NCBI GenBank assembly: GCA_013265495.1 | Contig: MU062317.1 | Location: 682,001 to 746,000 of the forward strand | Length of the DNA: 64,000 bases | Source: Vicugna vicugna | Taxonomy: Eukaryota | Direction: 5' to 3' | Shown: positions 59,601 to 64,000 of the stretch, piece after piece | Layout: each line of letters begins with the position of its first letter | How positions within the stretch are numbered: position 1 is the stretch's first letter | The notes under the pieces: generated by a model | What the model was told of the DNA's origin: nothing | The model's input: only the letters and a program-made list of their open reading frames with translations | The model's database searches: none | Position numbers and translations under genes: made by a program

Positions 59601-62523
59601 CGAGAACTCGGACGTGAGGATCTCGAAGATGGCCTGGGGCGAGAGCAGAGCGGATGGGGGCAGCCCTGTGCCCGGGGGGCCTGGCCCGGGAGGGGGTTAG
59701 GAGAGCTGCCCCGCCACACAGGGGGCCCGGCCCAGGGTGCGATGGTGACGAGTGCTCAGGCCATGCGGATGTGCCCAGGGTGCAGGGGGCAGGCCGGGAC
59801 TCGGGACCCCTGGACAGGATGCGGGCTGGGACTGTCAGCACAGCTGTGGGGACGTGAACCATCGCTGGGCACCAGGCCTGGGAAGCAGCCAGTGGGTGAG
59901 TGGGCGACGTCACCATGACTGCTGTGCCTCCTACCCCCCGATGTCAGAAGCAGGGCCACACCCCGCCCCACCTCACCTCCTGCCTCTTGCGTTCCTCGGC
60001 TGGTAGCTTGTCCAGGATGCCCGACTCCACCACCTGAGGACGGCACAGGCCCGGAGTCACGGGCTGCACGTCCCGGAAGCTCACCTTCCTGCTGGACCAG
60101 AGCCAGTGTGGACGGTAGAGACACCAAGAGAAGGCGGGAGCCAGGCTGGCCTGGCAGAGCTGTCCCTCGTGGACACCTGGGCTGCCCTTGCAAAGCTCAG
60201 CACAGTGGGACTGCTGAGCTGGCCTGTCCCTGCTCTGTCCCCTCGCCGACATCTTTCCTCTCCATGGAAACCTCCCCTGGGCGGGACCACCCCCTCGGAA
60301 GGGCCCTGGGGCAGCTGAGGAAGGGAATGGGCATCCAGAGGGCAAGGCCAGTAGTCACTCCACGGTGGGGAGGGGCTCTGCCCCACAGAGCTGCCGGCAG
60401 GGGGAGGGGGGTGTGGTGACGGTGGAAAGGTACAGAGGCACCTGGGAAAACTGGGGGCAGGGCCGCGACTCAGACACACCTGGGCCAGGTGAGTCAGCGC
60501 ACTGCTTGGGAGGGGAGTGACACTGCCCCAGCTCTCTGGCCCTCAGGGCCCCCGGCCCTAGGCTGGAGTGCAGCTAACTCAACCACAGCACGCCTGCCAA
60601 GTTCCCTGCCCGGAGGCACCCCCTTTGCAGGACCAGGGCCACCCAGTTCTGCTCCCGACCCCACCGGACGGGGCAGAGGCTGCCAGCAGCGCCTGGGCCA
60701 GGAGGGTGAATCCCAGGCCTTGACCTCCAGCCCAGAGGCTTGGCTGGGACACCTGGAGCTCAGGCAGTCAGGAGCAGCATCCCTGGGAGCGTTCTGAGGA
60801 TGTGGGGTCCTGGACCCCACCCCCACCCAGCGCCGGGCATGCACCTGGCGCCTGGCAGGTGGGCGCGGATGTGTATTTCCAGACCTTTCACCTGCTGCCC
60901 TTACCCCCACCCCATTTTGGGCCCTCCCTGGCTGATGGCCCCCCGGCATGCACTGCAGCTATCTCTCCACTCCCAGGGGACGAGGTCAGGAGTCTGTCTG
61001 TCCCATGGCCAGCTGTGCCCTCTGGAGTAGTGACAGCTGCCTCCCTGGGTACCTGCTTAGAACACTGGGGCCTCTGTCCCTGACATGCTTTCCATGAGGC
61101 CCTGTGGGCCAAGTACCAGCCCTCTTTTCAGACATCAGGGAAGGTGAGGGGGCGGCTTGGCGGTGGCGCGTGACTCCAGCCTGGCTTCTCCCCTCCCCTC
61201 CTGCCTCCTTACTCGGACCCTCCTGGCACTTTCTGGGGGCAGGGCCCTGGGAGGGTGTCCCCTGTGCCCACAGTTCCCTCCAGGTCAGCCCGTCACACTC
61301 ACACACACACACACACACGGATGGCACGTGTCCCTAAGTGCTCTCCCCCGCCACGGACCACCCCCAAGGTGCCCCGCAGGGCAGGTAAGGCAGCAGCAGG
61401 GAGATCCCCGCAACCTGGGTGCAGATGGGGTGCTTCTAGGAGGCTCCCCCGTCACTGTGAGGACCACCCATGGGCTTGGGAGAAGGGCTGCCCCCCACAT
61501 CCCAGCCCCACCTCAGGGAGTTGGCTCCAGGTGATCTGGGGGGGCCGGTAGCTCTTGACCACGATAGGGGCGTCCACCTTTCGGGGTCCCTCAGGGCCGG
61601 AGGACTCATCCAGCAAGTCATCGTCGGACTCGTGGCTGGTGTTCAGGCCTCGCTCCCGGATCTCCTGGTAGAACCGGGGGTCTGGGGAGAGGGGGCGGGT
61701 CACATGCAGGCCTGGGGGCTCTGGGCCATCCTGCCCCCCTGGGAGCCCGCAGGTCGAGTCCTCCCAAGGAGCCCCTGAGAGCACCAGGCTGCGCAGGGTC
61801 CCCCAGAGCAGGCCCCCCTCAGGCGGGCGCCCTCCCATGGCTGTGCTGGTGGAGCCCAGGGCAGGGGTGGCATCCGGGTGCAGAATGTGGCACCTTCAGA
61901 CCCGAGCTGAGCCGACAAATCAGAGAGCCGCAGGGGCCGCCTGACGTGGCCCTGGGGAATGGGGCTGGGCGGGGGCTCCCTGAGGGCTCGGGCGACTGGT
62001 CCCAGAGCCCTCCTACTGGGGGGAGGTGAGGTTTCCGGCTCTCGGGTTCTGTCTGCAGCCGCACACACCGCAGCAGCGCTGGGCGGGTGCGTGGATCGCG
62101 GCGGCTCTGAGCCCTCAAAGCAACCCCTCCAGTCTCCTGCCACCGCGGCCCCAGTGGGGCGTTGCGGCCGCCCTCCTGGGGCAGGAGGCCCCGATCCTGT
62201 TGCCTCCCCACGTCCAGGCCTGCGGCTGTCCACAGAGGTTGGGGCCGGCAGGGAGGGGGCCCTTCTTGCCTGCCGCCCCTCACACCCGCTGGGTGGTCCA
62301 TCCTGGCTGTGTGGGCACCTGCCTCTCCAACTCCCATGGCCCCCCACCCTGGCGTCCCAGTCCTCAACAGGCCGAATGCCCTGTGCTGGGCCCTGTCACG
62401 GTCCAGCCGTGACCCACGCCCCCGGGCCTCCTACACTGGGTCCCTGTGACTGCATGACTGCACCCCAGGCCTAGGGCCCTCTGTCTGGTCTTGGTCCCGC
62501 CAGCAGGGCCTGGCGCGTGTGCG

Positions 62524-62557
<34 letters not shown>

Positions 62558-62875
62558 GCGTGCTCAACAAACATCTCCTGAGTGTGGGGGCTCTGTCTGC
62601 CCCTGGCCCTGGGACAGCACAGAATCTGAGCGAACTTTCTAGATCCAGCAGAGCAGCAGAGCCTGAAGGGCCACGGGTCCTCCAGTCCCTGGAGGGATCC
62701 CATCCCGCACACCCTCCGTGCCACTGCACCCAGACCTTCCGCCTGCCCCAGGACGTCACAGGGAGACCTGCCTTACCCGGCCCCAGCCTGGCCCAGAGCC
62801 GCCGAGGTCGCCCCCTTGGCCGTACTCACCGTCTTTGAAGGAGCCCTTGTGTGCGCGTTTCCGCCCCAGTGTCTT
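50559..62875 (-). CDS. ARHGEF16: ARHGEF16 (Ephexin-4) RhoGEF, 5'-partial: 13 coding exons, 513 aa (DH-PH-SH3-PDZ ligand)
   Basis: Minus-strand GT-AG exons join to 1542 nt in frame, ending [15 protein letters not shown]; DH motifs [10 protein letters not shown] and [45 protein letters not shown]3 [17 protein letters not shown]. The ATG exon lies beyond 64000. Confidence 0.96.
51209..51310 (-). CDS. ARHGEF16: ARHGEF16 exon, SH3
   Basis: [34 protein letters not shown]. Confidence 0.95.
51848..51921 (-). CDS. ARHGEF16: ARHGEF16 exon
   Basis: [24 protein letters not shown]. Confidence 0.94.
52495..52640 (+). mobile_element. LINE-2 3' fragment
   Basis: cctgccccagggcctttgcactgccgtgcctctgcc, typical L2 motif. 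Confidence 0.5.
52823..53011 (-). CDS. ARHGEF16: ARHGEF16 exon, PH
   Basis: [22 protein letters not shown]...[24 protein letters not shown]. Confidence 0.95.
53196..53347 (-). CDS. ARHGEF16: ARHGEF16 exon, PH
   Basis: [50 protein letters not shown]. Confidence 0.95.
55158..55250 (-). CDS. ARHGEF16: ARHGEF16 exon
   Basis: [31 protein letters not shown]. Confidence 0.95.
55570..55644 (-). CDS. ARHGEF16: ARHGEF16 exon, DH
   Basis: [25 protein letters not shown]. Confidence 0.95.
56531..56660 (-). CDS. ARHGEF16: ARHGEF16 exon, DH
   Basis: [43 protein letters not shown]. Confidence 0.95.
56818..56970 (-). CDS. ARHGEF16: ARHGEF16 exon, DH
   Basis: [50 protein letters not shown]. Confidence 0.95.
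59473..59633 (-). CDS. ARHGEF16: ARHGEF16 exon, DH start
   Basis: [53 protein letters not shown]. Confidence 0.95.
59977..60033 (-). CDS. ARHGEF16: ARHGEF16 exon
   Basis: [19 protein letters not shown]. Confidence 0.94.
61294..61318. repeat. (CA)n microsatellite
   Basis: cacactcacacacacacacacacac. Confidence 0.9.
61512..61681 (-). CDS. ARHGEF16: ARHGEF16 exon
   Basis: [26 protein letters not shown]...[14 protein letters not shown]. Confidence 0.95.
62513..62557. repeat. (GC)n(AC)n compound microsatellite
   Basis: gcgcgtgtgcgcgcgcgcgcacacacacac... Confidence 0.95.
62830..62875 (-). CDS. ARHGEF16: ARHGEF16 exon ([15 protein letters not shown])
   Basis: cacag|aag ... gacg|gtgag on - strand, 46 nt. 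Confidence 0.9.
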
Positions 62876-64000
62876 CTGTGTGGAGAGACACAGAGACACG
62901 GGCGGTCAGCGGGGAGGGGCGGGTGTGGGGCTGCAGCGGTCCCTCCACCCGGGCTCCAACGGGAGGCGGCTCTGCTGGGCATGCAGAGGTGCTCAGGAGA
63001 TGTGAGCTCCAGGAGGGAGGAAGGGCCGCCAAGCGGAGGCAAGGGGTGGGATAGGGGCTCAGCACAGGCAGGGCAGGTGACTACGGCTGGGCAGGTCCAG
63101 GACGGCTGCCTAGAGGTGGAGGCACGTTGAAAGGAGATGCTCAGCAAAAGGGCGTCATGACTGTCCTGGAGGGAAGCCGAGGCAGGACAGGTGGGCTGGC
63201 GGACGGCTGAATAGGGACAGTGGGGTGGGGGCTAGGGCCGCAACCCAGGCCCCACGTGTAGGGGACTTGGGGCGGCAGGAAGAGCAGAGCCTGAGCCTGG
63301 GGGGTTACCGGGTTCTATCGCAGGCCCGGGTCCCTGCCCCCGTGGGGGCGGGGCTGCCGAGGCAGGTGGAGGGCGGGGCTCTTGGGGCCCCACCAGGTGC
63401 CTGCTCAGACCCCGTCTCCTCGGCTGGGCCGCACCACTTCCCATGACCTCTTGCTTCCAGGAAAGTAGGAGCTGGTTTCTTGAAACAAGTTGTGGCCTGA
63501 ATGCTCCTGTTGCTGGTCTGAAGTGTGGTGCTCCCGGCTGCATCTGGTGCTGCTCCCCCGCTGCCCTGCACCCCCCAGAGCCCCCATCCCTTCCGCCTTC
63601 TGCCCCGCTGTTGTCGCGGTCCCTCCCCCACCTCGCCCCCACCCTGTGTCCTCGCCTCTGCTTTAACCCTCTTTTCTCCGGGACCCCCTCTTCCTGGGCC
63701 CTGAGCTCCTGGGGAGCCCCTCCTGTGCTCTCTCCACGCCCTGAGCACCCCCAGCCCAGCCCACAGTGCCCTTGCCACCCGCCTGCACCTGCCACCCTGG
63801 GAGCTCTCCTGGGGCCTGTCACCGGGCTCAGCTCCACACCCTGGCACTGGCACCAGGTGCCTGGGGGTCAGGAAATGTTGGCTGGGTGTGGGAGGCGAGC
63901 GTGAGCAAACGATGGACCCTGCAGGCCTGGCCCCGGGCGGGTGCGGAGCGCCGAGGTCCACCGGCGGAACGGCTGGGGCTATGCTCCACCTCCCGGGACA

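Overview
Very GC-rich eutherian mammal DNA orthologous to the human 1p36.32 MEGF6-ARHGEF16 interval; the species cannot be assigned from sequence alone. The + strand carries MEGF6 from an internal CpG-island promoter: 35 coding exons I traced by hand (8876-43247), all GT-AG, giving an intact 1486-aa ORF with signal peptide, 7 EGF/cbEGF exons, an acidic poly-Glu linker, 24 laminin-type EGF exons and a short tail. The - strand carries the last 13 coding exons of ARHGEF16 (62875-50559, 513 aa: DH, PH, SH3, C-terminal ETDV), convergent with MEGF6. The rest is intron or intergenic DNA with ancient repeats (L1M, L2, MIR, MLT1, MER33-like) and microsatellites. No new protein-coding gene, RNA gene or CRISPR-type system is supported. 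The best leads are: a roughly 2.7-kb GC-eroded LINE-1 fossil that holds the only poly(A) hexamers near the MEGF6 3' end; a 90-bp, 91%-identical inverted repeat in one intron; a 60-nt in-frame intron; and a palindromic two-strand ATTAAA at the ARHGEF16 end. Human, mouse and repeat-consensus comparisons are from memory and need alignment.
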